Positions 9,061-18,968 of a stretch of 19,965 nt of DNA are shown in pieces. The notes beneath the pieces are model-generated. The model saw nothing but the letters and a program-made list of their open reading frames with translations. It had not been told where the DNA came from and made no database searches. The number at the start of each line of letters is the position of its first letter. The stretch's first letter is position 1. The position numbers were made by a program, and so were the translations under genes. Source of the DNA: Octopus sinensis (taxonomy: Eukaryota); assembly GCF_006345805.1 (NCBI RefSeq), contig NW_021824057.1, positions 1-19,965 of the forward strand, read 5' to 3'.

Positions 9061-9451
9061 GTGGATGGAAGCACTCCGTCGGTTACGACGACGAGGGTTC
9101 CGGTTGATCCGAATCAACGGAACAGCCTGCTCGTGAAATTAACGTGTAAGTGGCTGAGCACTCCACAGACACGTGTACCCTTAACGTAGTTCTCGGGGAT
9201 ATTCAGCGTGACACAGAGAGTGACAAGGCCGGCTCCTTGAAATACAGGTACAACAGAAACAGGAAGTAAGAGTGAGAGAAAGTTGTGGTGAAAGAGTACA
9301 GCAGGGATCACCACCATCCCCTGCCGGAGCCTCGTGGATCTTTTTAGGTGTTTTCGCTCAAAAAACACTCACAACGCCCGGTCTGGGAATCGAAACCGCG
9401 ATCCTACGACCGCGAGTCCGCTGCCCTAACCACTGGGCCATTGCGCCTCCT
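9061..9451 (-). mobile_element. Full-length SINE family C, inverted relative to 8395-8756
   Basis: The reverse complement matches the previous copy along its whole length, with an extra ~18-nt internal segment. Confidence 0.9.
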
Positions 9452-9506
9452 ACGCACATGTATATATATGTACACACACACACACACAAACACATCTATA
9501 CACACA

Positions 9507-9704
9507 CAAGGGGTTGCTGAAAAGTTCCTGACTTTAAGGATATCGCGAAAGGCCTGGATGGAGGTCCAACCTTCCGAGGTCTTTTACAGGGCTGCGATAA
9601 ACTGAAGGACTGCTGCAATAAGTGTGTGAATGTGAGATGGGAATATGTTCAATAAAATCATAATTAACTGATCCTCCTGTATTTTCTTTTACCAAAAGCC
9701 AGAA

Positions 9705-9705
<1 letters not shown>
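9507..9705 (+). mobile_element. Internally deleted mariner-like element
   Basis: Left TIR-like CAAGGGGTTGCTGAAAAGTTCCTGACTTT and partial right TIR AAAAGCCAGAAA. It encodes 'CNKCVNVRWEYVQ*', which resembles the mariner C-terminal 'W.KC....G.Y.E*'. Confidence 0.65.
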
Positions 9706-9734
<29 letters not shown>

Positions 9735-9735
<1 letters not shown>

Positions 9736-9932
9736 ACCGCGAGTGTATTATTGGCGATTTTCTTTCTCCGTCTTCCCTTCCTTTTTCTTTGTTTCTGACG
9801 AAGAGCTCTGCTCGAAACGTTAAATCCACCTTCTTTCTTTCCTTTCCTGTGCGTCCAATAACACTAATAACACTATACTTGTTCCACGTCCTCGCGTTGT
9901 TGTGTTTTCTCTTTGTTCATGTTTGGATTTAC
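9735..9932 (+). mobile_element. Solo pLTR-like fragment of a second Penelope-type family
   Basis: Pyrimidine-rich unit between microsatellites that carries a minimal hammerhead. No sequence similarity to the first pLTR outside the ribozyme core. Confidence 0.55.
9791..9825 (+). ncRNA. Minimal type I hammerhead ribozyme motif with intact core
   Basis: GTTT-CTGACGA-a-GAGC(tct)GCTC-GAAA-CGTT-AAAT. Predicted cleavage is after 9821. Confidence 0.75.
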
Positions 9933-10357
9933 TATGTGTGTGTGTGTGTGTGTGTGTATACATAATTCGTTTATTTATTTATTTTTACAAATATTTTCAT
10001 CTCGAGCGTGCGTTTCTTATATATAGTTATTGTATACGATAGTATGGTATTGTAAATGTAAACCAGAAAATATTTCTTTACAGTTATTTTGACACCTAGA
10101 GTACAATTAATTCTTAGATTTACTGTGTATGATTCTATAATGTAATTTTACTGTAAAAATACATTTAACAGCTTTCTTTGACACCTGGCATACAATTATC
10201 CCCCACACACACACACTCATACACATATATAAATAGATAGGTACACATACATACTCTTCAATAATGGATGCTGAATAATTTAAAGTAAATTCAAAACTAA
10301 CAAGAAACGTACATTATTTACATTTGACGGATATTTGTCCTCGTCTTGTTTGTTGTT

Positions 10358-10403
10358 AACACAACATTTCGGCTAATATACCTTCCAGCCTTCTTCAGGT
10401 GTC
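10358..10403 (-). ncRNA. Minimal type I hammerhead ribozyme motif (second copy of family 1)
   Basis: Sense strand: GACAC-CTGAAGA-a-GGCTG(gaaggtatat)TAGCC-GAAA-TGTT-GTGTT. TGTT looks like CpG decay of CGTT. Confidence 0.7.
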
Positions 10404-10476
10404 TTGGGGAAATTTCGAACCTGGGTTCTCATTCCTAAAGTATTTTTCGATGTTGTTGTTATTATTATTATTATTA

Positions 10477-10528
<52 letters not shown>

Positions 10529-10616
10529 TATTATTATTATTATTATTGTTTATTTTTCAGGTCACTGCTTGGAATCGAATACGGAATATTGAGGTTAGTA
10601 GCCCGCGCTCTTAACC

Positions 10617-10848
10617 TATTTCTTTACTACCCAGAAGGGGCTAAACACAGAGAGGACAAACAAGGACAGACAAACGGATTAAGCCGATTTTACCGACTCC
10701 AGTGAATAACTGGTACTTATTTAATCGACCCTGAAAGGATGAAAGGCAAAGTCGACCTCGGCGGAATTTGAACTCAGAACGTAACCGCAGACGAAATACG
10801 GCTACGCATTTCGCCCGGGGTGCTAACGTTTCTGCCAGCTCGCCGCCT
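10617..10848 (-). mobile_element. Full-length SINE family A inserted into the tRNA-like head of the solo pLTR
   Basis: Perfect 22-bp TSD TTAGTAGCCCGCGCTCTTAACC at 10595-10616 and 10849-10870. Confidence 0.92.
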
Positions 10849-11278
10849 TTAGTAGCCCGCGCTCTTAACCGCTAGGCCATATGCCCGTGGGCCTAACAAG
10901 ATACGTGTTATCAAATATTGAAACGCATTCGTGAATTAGGGTCCATCCTGTTTAGAAGTATTTTCAGTCTACGATTTAAGTTTCAACTATGAAAGCAACA
11001 AAATTCCATCCTAAAACTAACTGTCGATGTATACTGAATATGAATATGAAATACAATTCTTTCTTTTTGTTTTCTTTTTTAATTTTTTTGTTTTTTGTTT
11101 TTCGGTTCCTTCTCTTTTTTTACCACAGACTGTTAAACAAGTGGAACTGGCAATCCAACACACGCTCTGCACCATTTACCATAACTACAGCAGGCCGTTA
11201 AAAATATCTCCAACAGCATAACTCGTTCTTGTTGAACTTATTTAACCTACTTACCATCGAAATTGTAATAATAACAAT

Positions 11279-11320
<42 letters not shown>

Positions 11321-11927
11321 CAGGGCGAATGAAACGAACACGAGACACAAATACATAATTAACTGTTTCCGATATTTTATAAATCGTTAATTACCAATCA
11401 GATCCCTTAATTAATGTAGATGGTCAACGAAGATAATTACAACGAGCTATGGCGGGGGCTTCGGCATATCTGAGGTAGTTTTATCATAGCGCGATACATT
11501 TGAGTTCATATACCTACAGGAATTCCACGGCTAATGGATATAACAAAGATAATATTTACTTAACATTTAGTAAGTGTGTAAGATTTACACGTGTCATGTG
11601 CGTACGTGATTGTATGTGCGTGCATGCAGGAGTGTGTACGCATGCGTTCGTGCGTGCGTGCATGTGTGTATGTGTGCGTCAGTGCGCGTGTGAGCGCGCG
11701 CATATGTGTGTTTGATGTAATTTAGGACCGCAATTAAGAGTGCAATTAGTTCGTTAACTGCTAACACTTTACTAAAAACAGTTAATCTTCACGTGTGGTT
11801 CTTTAAAGCTGAACAGCACTCTTGCTACCGTATTCTATGGAAGTATACTTATTGCCTTAATTCCAATTAATTTTTTAAATAATTAATAATTTAGTAAAAT
11901 AATTTTATCCTTGTAAATCTGGTATTT

Positions 11928-12092
11928 GAGTGGCTCTGTGGCAAGAAGCTTGCTTCCCAACCTCATGGTTCCAGGTTCAGTCCCACTGCGTGGCACCTTG
12001 TACAAGTGTCTTCTACTGTAGCCTCAGGCCGACTAAAGCCTTGTGAGTGGATTTGGTAGACGGAAACTAAATGAAGCTCGTCGTATATATGC

Positions 12093-12128
<36 letters not shown>

Positions 12129-12368
12129 CTTGCGTGTTTGTGTGTGTGTGTGCGTGCGTGTGTGTGTGTGTGCGTGCGTGCGTGTGTGTGTGTGTGTGTG
12201 TTTGTTTGTCCCCCATCACTGATTGACAACCGGTAGTATAAGTGCCAGGCTTAAAAAGAAAAAAAATAGAAGTACTTAGGTCGATTTATTCGACTAAAAT
12301 TCCTCAAGCAGATGCCTCAGCATGGGCGCTGTCTAATGACTGAAACAAATGGAAGAATAAAAGAATAA
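11928..12368 (+). mobile_element. Near full-length SINE family B with internal (TG)n
   Basis: Head TGGCTCTGTGG..GGTTCAGTCCC, CORE-like CACCTTGTACAAGTGTCTT and tail CAGCATGG..AATGACTGAAACAA..AAGAATAAAAGAATAA. Confidence 0.85.
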
Positions 12369-12566
12369 CATGAAATTTTGATGAAAGGTTCAAATTTAGA
12401 ACACTTTAGGACACAAAGCTGGCGTCCTAGAAGCAGGGTTAGTCTTAGGTGGGTTGGCATGAAAAGAATTGAAAAAGAATTAAAGCACATCTTTCTTGCG
12501 CATCCCAAGCTTTTTACTAAATATTCTTCATTCTGGTTTTGTTTTCCTCAATATTTGTTGAGATAT

Positions 12567-12652
12567 AAGGCGGCTAGCTGGCAGAATCTTTAGCACGCCG
12601 GGCGAAATGCTTAGCTGTATTTCGTCTGCCGTTACGTTCTGAGTTCAAATTT
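12567..12652 (+). mobile_element. SINE family A head only (3'-truncated just after the B box)
   Basis: AAGGCGGCTAGCTGGCAGAATCTTTAGCACGCCGGGCGAAATGC...GAGTTCAAAT. Confidence 0.85.
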
Positions 12653-12896
12653 TCTAGCTAACAAGGCACATGTCGACACACCACCATCCCAGAATCCCAT
12701 GCGCCAATGATCCGGGTGTACTGAACACACAGTCGCAAAAGAGATAAGTTATCTTCCTTTGACGTACACAACAGTGACCAGCATATTTTGGCGCGTGAGT
12801 CTGCTTTAATATGTTAACAATAAATATGCAAATATTGGTTTCAGATCCCGCTGTACACGATACAAATATCCATATTTTAACTTCATCACGAAAACT

Positions 12897-12950
12897 GGCA
12901 GTCCGTCGGTTACGACGACGAGGGCTCCAGTTGATCCGATCAATTGAACA
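12897..12950 (-). mobile_element. SINE family C 3' tail fragment
   Basis: GTCCGTCGGTTACGACGACGAGGGCTCCAGTTGATCCGATCAA matches 9074-9117. Confidence 0.8.
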
Positions 12951-13607
12951 ATGTACATATATATGTACACACACACACACACACACACATACACACATAC
13001 ATATATGTGTGTGTATGTACCCCTCTACAATCCTCTTTATTTTCTGTTTCTCACCCTCCTGTCTATCGTTCGTCCACCCCTTACTATCTTTTGTTCCTTC
13101 TCCCTTCTCCCCACTCTCTTTGTTTCTTTCCCTCATCCTCTCTCTCTTGTCTCCCTTCTCCTCTGCCTCTTTGTTCCCACGTGACTACAGGCCATTCTTT
13201 TCTCACCTCTGTCTTTTCTGGACGCGACGCATACTTAGCTGGATGTCATTTTTCTCAACTCCCGACATTTTTTCTACCTTTTTTTTCTCTTCTACTACTT
13301 TCTTCTTTTGTACTTATTCTATATCCTTTCAAAATTTCTACTAGGTGTTACCCATTACAATGCATCTTGGCCTAACGGCCATTAATATTTGTCTTCGTCG
13401 ATTGTTTACTCTGTACGTCCACTCTCTCATTGTTTGTTCGTTCAAAGCTCAAACTCTCCAGAAATTTTATATTTTTAAAACTTCTGGATGCTGCCGAAAT
13501 TGCGCGGATGATCCGGTTTTTGACTGAAGATTGAAGGCTTCGAATGTCCCGTCCGTTGTTTTTTGTATCGTCTTCTAAATGTTTTGCGCTCTTGTCCCAG
13601 TTTGTAT

Positions 13608-13638
<31 letters not shown>

Positions 13639-13689
13639 ACACACACACACATATATATATATAAGTACGTGTTGACTAATGCGTATGCT

Positions 13690-14103
13690 ATTCTGTTATT
13701 CTGTAACTTTTTTCAGTCATTAGACTGCGGTCATGCTGGAGCACCGCATGAAAGGGTTTTAGTCGTACAAATCGACTCCATGACTTATTCTTTGTAAGTC
13801 TAGTACTCTTTTGCCGAATCGCTAAGTTACGGGGACGTAAACACACCAACATTGATGTCAAGCGATGGTGGGAGAGACAAACACAGACACAGACATGCGG
13901 CGCATATATACATACATAAATACATATATATATATATACGACGGTCTTCTTTCTGTTTCCGTTCACAAAATCCACTCACAAGGCTCTGGTCAGCCCGAAG
14001 CTTTAGTAGAAGACACTTGCCTAAGGTGCCACGCAGTGGGACTGAACGCAGAACCAATGCGGTTGGAAAGCAAGCTTCTTACCACACAGCCACGCCTACG
14101 TCC
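13690..14103 (-). mobile_element. Full-length SINE family B
   Basis: Colinear with 19645-19965 and with the reverse complement of 11928-12368. Confidence 0.88.
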
Positions 14104-14670
14104 CCACACAGCCACGCCTACGTCCCCACACAGCCACGCCTACGTCCCCACACAGCCACGCCTACGTCCCCACACATCCACGCTTGTGCCCCCACACAAG
14201 CAGGCCTGCATCTCCACACAGCAACGCCATAACCTCCACACAGCCACGCCTGCACTTGCACACAGCCATGCCTGCACCTCTATACAGCCACACCAGTGCC
14301 TCTGCACTGTCACGCCTGCGCCTCTGCACTTCTACCCCTGCGCCTACGCACAACCACACCTGCGTTTCCGCACAGTCATGCTTGCGCCTCCGTGCAGTCA
14401 TGCCTGCGCCTCCACACAACCATCTCAATGCCTCCACACTGCCACGCTTGCGCCGCCACACAGCAACCCCCATCACCACCACACAGCCACACCAGTGCCT
14501 ATGCACTGTCACCCCTGCGCCTCCACACTTCCACCCCTGAGCCTACGCACAAATACGCGTGCGCCTCCGTACAGCCACGCCTGCGCCTCCACACTTCCAC
14601 CCCTGAGCCTACGCACACATACGCCTGCGCCTCCGCACAGCGACGCCTGCGCCTCAACACAGCAACGCCC
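14082..14670. repeat. 22-bp minisatellite (~27 units) derived from the 5' end of SINE family B
   Basis: Four perfect units of CCACACAGCCACGCCTACGTCC (14082-14169), then diverged units that keep the ~22-bp phase. Confidence 0.9.
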
Positions 14671-15284
14671 GAATCTGCAAATGATGGAATAGTCGGAGCT
14701 GGGACATCTTTGATCTTAAATCTGTTCTCACAAGCTAAACAACAGCTACAACAGCGATAGCAGCATGCATGAATGTAATGCAGAAAACAAGGGTTCAATA
14801 CAGGATTGTCCTTTCCTTTTCTTTTATTTTTGTTGTTTGTTTTTACTTGCCTGTTTGTTGGTCAAGTGTTTTACACTTAGGCAATATAGTTCCTGTTTCC
14901 TTTTCCTTTTACCAAACTATAATTGACAATAGCTGTAAAACACACGCACGCGTGCACACATATTCATACATACACGCACATGTATATCATATATATATAT
15001 ACACATATGTACATACATTCATATATATATATAAGCAATAATAAATCTGTGAGCGAGGTATAAACAGTAGCTGCACGACATCGTGAAGTATATTTGCCAC
15101 CTAAATCTGGCTAACCCTTAAGAGTTAATCCTACTCTAGCTTGTAGCCCCAGGAAGACATCTCCTCCAGCTGGCTATTGACACACTTTCTGTGCCCTATC
15201 AGTATTTGCAAAAGGAAGTCTTCGTTCCTATCTCCAGCCTCTCGCAATATCATTTACAATCTCATCGAAAAGGGCGTTAATATA

Positions 15285-15500
15285 TTTTGGTTTAAATTTT
15301 GGTACAAGGCCAGAAGTTTTGGGGAAGGGATAAGTCTATAACACCGACCCCATTATTCAACTGGTACTTATTTACTCGACCCCGCAATGAAGGAAGGTAA
15401 AATAGACCGCGGTGGAATTTGAATTCAGAACGTGAAGACAATCGAAATGCAGCTAAGCATTTTGTCCAGCGTGCTAACGATTCTGCCAGCACGCCGCCTT
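15285..15500 (-). mobile_element. SINE family A (GGCCTTGTACC-tail variant)
   Basis: Head AAGGCGGCGTGCTGGCAGAATCGTTAGCACG on the minus strand, followed by the family A core. Confidence 0.85.
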
Positions 15501-15959
15501 AAAGTGCGGTAAAATATTCAAGTATCTGAGATTTTTGCACTATTGTCAAACGAATGTAACAAATGGAGAAAAAATCGATGAACTTTTCCATCCAGAGCGA
15601 ATTGAAGCATACCTTTCTTTTGTGCTATGTAGAACATCATCTATCTCGTCTGACGATGATGAAAGAAAAAAAAATGTAAAATCTTCTTGATCACTGTATA
15701 AGTCTTCCATTTGTGACCTGATTTCTACCATCGATAAGGGCTACTTATGCTTAGGCACGTTTGACGAAGTAGATGCTCGGGTATCTCTTGATGATGGCCG
15801 TATCCATGAAAATTTTTTGAGACATAAGTTGATGATGTCTGCCATTTAAAGGTTAAATATATATATTGTAAAGTGTGCATACATACGTACACACACACAC
15901 ACACCACACACACACACACACATATATTTTTGTTAAGTATATAAGTATATACATACATA

Positions 15960-16005
15960 TTGTTGGTGTTATTATTATCATTATTATTATTATTACTATT
16001 ATTAC

Positions 16006-16074
<69 letters not shown>

Positions 16075-16110
16075 CATAAATATTATTGTCATCATTGTTA
16101 GTAGTAGTAG
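15960..16110. repeat. (ATT)n microsatellite
   Basis: Seen directly. Confidence 0.95.
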
Positions 16111-16131
16111 CATTAGAATTAAAGATAAACC

Positions 16132-16320
16132 TTGTTTAAATGTATATTGTTAAATATATACTATTAAACGCATACAGTCTTGAATATAACATTGTCGATT
16201 TTATACATTGTTAAATATATACATTATCAAATATATCTCTCATTAAATATATACACTTTAAAATATTTACATTATTAAATAGATACGTTGTTAAATATAT
16301 ACATTGTTAAGTATATACAT
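16132..16320. repeat. Degenerate ~16-bp AT-rich minisatellite (TTGTTAAATATATACA)
   Basis: About 11 imperfect units, the best at 16288-16320. Confidence 0.75.
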
Positions 16321-17823
16321 TTTTTTTTTTTTTATTTTTTAAATTTTTATCTAATTTCAGTTCACAAGCTGTGGCCATGCTGGGGCACCGCCATTTGGTG
16401 TTGCTACATGATTTTACTTCACGAATGCTTTTTAGCAATTGCCATTTGGTGCATGAGAGAGTTCGATGCAGCTGCCCTCATCTGCACCTCCTGCCGTGTA
16501 GTTGGTTCATCTGGGACACCTGACAAGAAGAGATCCAGTTTCATTTTAAAGACATCTGCATCCACCCCGTCTCTTAGGTTCTTTGGGAGGATATTGAAGA
16601 GCTGTGGGCCTCGGAAGCCCAGGCTATCACAGTATCTTGTCCTACATCTTGATGGCAAATTTGGAGTCCTTGGCACTGTGCAGTGGTGCCCAGTTCTGGT
16701 GTTTGTGTAACTTTCGATGCCAAAGTTTGGGACAAGTCCTTCTAGGATCTTCCAGATGTATATTATGGCATATCTTTCTCGCCTACGTTCTAAGGAATAG
16801 AGTCTCAATCTCTTGAGTCTTTCCCAATAGCTTATATGCTGCACAGAGGCTATCTTCATCGTGTAGCTTCGTTGGATCGCCTCAAGTTCTGTGATTAACT
16901 TGACACTGGATGGTGACCATAGCTGAGAGCAATAGTCAAAGTGGCTTAGGACAAGTGTCCCCCAGAGGACCATCATGGTTTCCTGGTCTCTTGTTCTAAA
17001 GGTTCTAAGAATCCATCCGGTCAGCCGCCTACATTTCATTGCCAATTTAGCAACATGCAGATGAAAGGTTGCATCATCACTCATGTAAATACCCAGGTCT
17101 CGCACTGATTGTGCCTCTGGGATTGCAATCCCTCCAGGTCCAGTGTATTTATTGGGTATTGCATTTAGTTTTGCATGCTGATAGCATAAAGCTTGAAACT
17201 TTTCAGCATTGAACTGCATGCTATTCTTTTCAGCCCACTTGTATATTTTGTCCAGCTTACATTGCAGGTGCTTAGTGTCTTCAGGGTTCTATACTGCCTG
17301 TGAAACTTTTGTATCATCTGCATAACTTGTGATCGTGGATCTCTGCGTGGCTGAGGGCATGTCTGAGAGGGCCATTATGAACAGTAGTGGTCCCAAAACA
17401 GTGCCTTGCGGAACACCGCTCACTATTTGCGTGTTAATTGCGTGTTAATTGGCTACTACCACCTAACTTCTATCCTTCAGAAAGTCACGAAGTCATTCTC
17501 CCAATTTTCCAACTATGCCAAAATCACGCAGTTTGTGACATATCTCCATGGTCGACTTTATCAAAGGCCTTTGCAAAGTCGAAATATATGACTCCCACAT
17601 TTGAGTGGTTGAGCAGTCGTTTCAGCACCCAGTCATAGTGTTGTAGGAGCTGAGTTAAGCAGCTTCTTCCTGGTCGGAAACCATGTTGGGTGTCAGGCAG
17701 CAAGTCATTTTCTTCAAGGAAGGTGATTAGTTTCCTTCTGACTATTCGTTCCATGACCTTGCTGATGTGTGATGTCAGAGAAATAGGTCTGTAGTTCTTG
17801 GCCTCTGCTCTGCTACCTCCTTT
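16321..17823 (-). mobile_element. 5'-truncated non-LTR retrotransposon (CR1-clade LINE) with 3' UTR and A-rich tail
   Basis: RT motifs NYRPISLTS, QHGFRPGRSCLTQL, DFAKAFDKVDHG, SGVPQGTVLGPLLF and YADDTK. CR1-type C-terminus 'DLGI...DYCSQLWSP...LEAIQR...YWERLKRLRLYSLERRRER'. Confidence 0.9.
16419..17823 (-). pseudogene. Disrupted LINE ORF2 reverse transcriptase
   Basis: Frameshift after DHG (~17540), an 11-bp tandem duplication at 17427-17448 and an in-frame TAG just after YADDTKVSQAV. ORF 16419-17219 is the intact C-terminal part. Confidence 0.88.
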
Positions 17824-17856
17824 ATTGCTAACTATATACATATTTTTAAATCCATA

Positions 17857-18166
17857 CGAGGGTGGATCAAAAAGTAAGGCCATTTTGTTTAGGACGGGTA
17901 TAATTACCAACAGAGGAACATGTATCATACATCAAAATGAAGCTGGTCCTCTGTGGATCACATCCCTACTTCTCAACATAGTCACTGTTTCTCTGAATAG
18001 CAATGTTCCACCTTCGAATGAGAGCATGTATCTCTGCCCGGTAAAATTCTGTTGACTGTTCTTTGAGCCACTTCTTCACTACAGTTTTCACTTCCTCGTC
18101 ACTGGAATAATGTTTGCCTCTCAAACCCTCTTTTGTGGCGCTGAAGAGATGATAGTCTGAAGGCAC
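17857..18166 (-). mobile_element. Mariner DNA transposon 3' remnant
   Basis: 'PSDYHLF...LRGKHYSSDEEVKTVVKKWLKEQSTEFYRAEIHALIRRWNIAIQRNSDYVEK*'. The terminus reads TA|CGAGGGTGGATCAAAAAGTAAGGCC. Confidence 0.9.
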
Positions 18167-18169
18167 TTA

Positions 18170-18817
18170 ATCTGATGAGTGTGGGACATTAAGTGTTTTT
18201 TTAAGAAAAATTAAAATTTTAAAAAAGTCTCCCTGATTCGCATCTCTGTATTTTTCTACGTGGATTAAAAAAAAATTTTGAAAAAGTAAAAAATTAAGAA
18301 ATTGGATGGGGAGGGAGGAAATTAAACTTATGAAAACGTGATTTTTGAGCAAAATCGTATTCTAATTCGAAAACATAGAAATCCTAAGAAATGTTGAGAA
18401 AAAAAGCGGAAGTGGGTGGTACGTAAAATATGCCAATACTTGTGCCAAAAAAATCATATTTTTGGGTCATTTCCTGTTGACATATAGGGATTTGAGCATC
18501 ACAAACGTTCTCATCACCACTACATCACCGGAATCAGCACCCCCAACATTAAAATTGACACCAAAATCATTAAAATTGGCAACGTAGATTAGAAGCAAAT
18601 CCAAATATTGCACGAAAATGATCTCAAAATTGTGTGACCCGACCGCATTTTCGAGATTATTTTTGCAGTAAAAAAAGAGTTGTTGTGCAAAAAACATATT
18701 TTATTTCGTAGTCGAAAGAATACTCAATCTTTTGATACCTCATACGTCAAAATCGGCAACTCGCTTTTCGAATTCATAAGGAACATGCGCACCACACACA
18801 GATACACACACAAATTC

Positions 18818-18852
<35 letters not shown>
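18170..18852. mobile_element. Possible Helitron/Helentron-type non-autonomous element
   Basis: AT-rich body with 'GGAATCAGCACCCC..AAAATCGG..CACACAGATACACACACAAATTCTGTTTTATATATA' near the end. This resembles, from recall only, HINE/DINE-1-like elements. Confidence 0.3.
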
Positions 18853-18855
<3 letters not shown>

Positions 18856-18955
18856 TCGGCTCAGAGCTGCGGCCATGCTGATGCACCACCTTTTAGTAGA
18901 AGACACTTCCCCAAGGTGCCACACAGTGGGACTGAGCCTGGAACCACACAGCTAC
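18853..18955 (-). mobile_element. Heavily deleted SINE family B (head/CORE piece fused to tail)
   Basis: Tail 'CTGCGGCCATGCTGATGCACCACCTT' is joined directly to 'TAGTAGAAGACACTTCCCCAAGGTGCCACACAGTGGGACTGA'. Confidence 0.75.
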
Positions 18956-18968
18956 ACTTATATATATA

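Larger units (their letters stand above)
10311..10892 (-). mobile_element. Solo tRNA-headed, hammerhead-containing Penelope pLTR / SINE-like element
   Basis: Homologous to ~115-415. Flanked by a 14-bp TSD with one mismatch: CTAACAAGAAACGT (10297-10310) and CTAACAAGATACGT (10893-10906). No ORF is attached. Confidence 0.85.

Noticed and set aside
12654-13375. ORFs of 143-177 aa
   Set aside because: They are composed of a SINE tail, (CA)n and pyrimidine-rich low-complexity sequence, with no recognisable domain.
13480-13555. Possible third hammerhead (CTGCC-GAAA at ~13491; CTGAAGA..GAAG/CTTC-GAA at ~13524)
   Set aside because: The first lacks an upstream CUGANGA. The second lacks a full GAAA and a viable stem II loop and stem I. 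At most this is a decayed pLTR relic.
14082-14670. Possible CRISPR-like array
   Set aside because: The units are contiguous with no unique spacers, no cas genes are present, and the context is eukaryotic.
13852-14798. Overlapping ORFs up to 275 aa, rich in H/T/A/P/C
   Set aside because: They are open in several frames because the 22-bp SINE-derived minisatellite lacks stop codons. A 22-bp period is not codon-phased.
15045-15270. Moderately GC-rich unique stretch, checked for an HDV-like ribozyme or a transposon end (TAACCCTTAAGAGTTA near-palindrome)
   Set aside because: I could not build a convincing pseudoknot or find a matching second terminus by eye, so it is left unclassified.
16419-17219. 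266-aa ORF as an active or domesticated gene
   Set aside because: It is only the post-catalytic part of a 5'-truncated LINE ORF2. The upstream RT has a stop and a frameshift.
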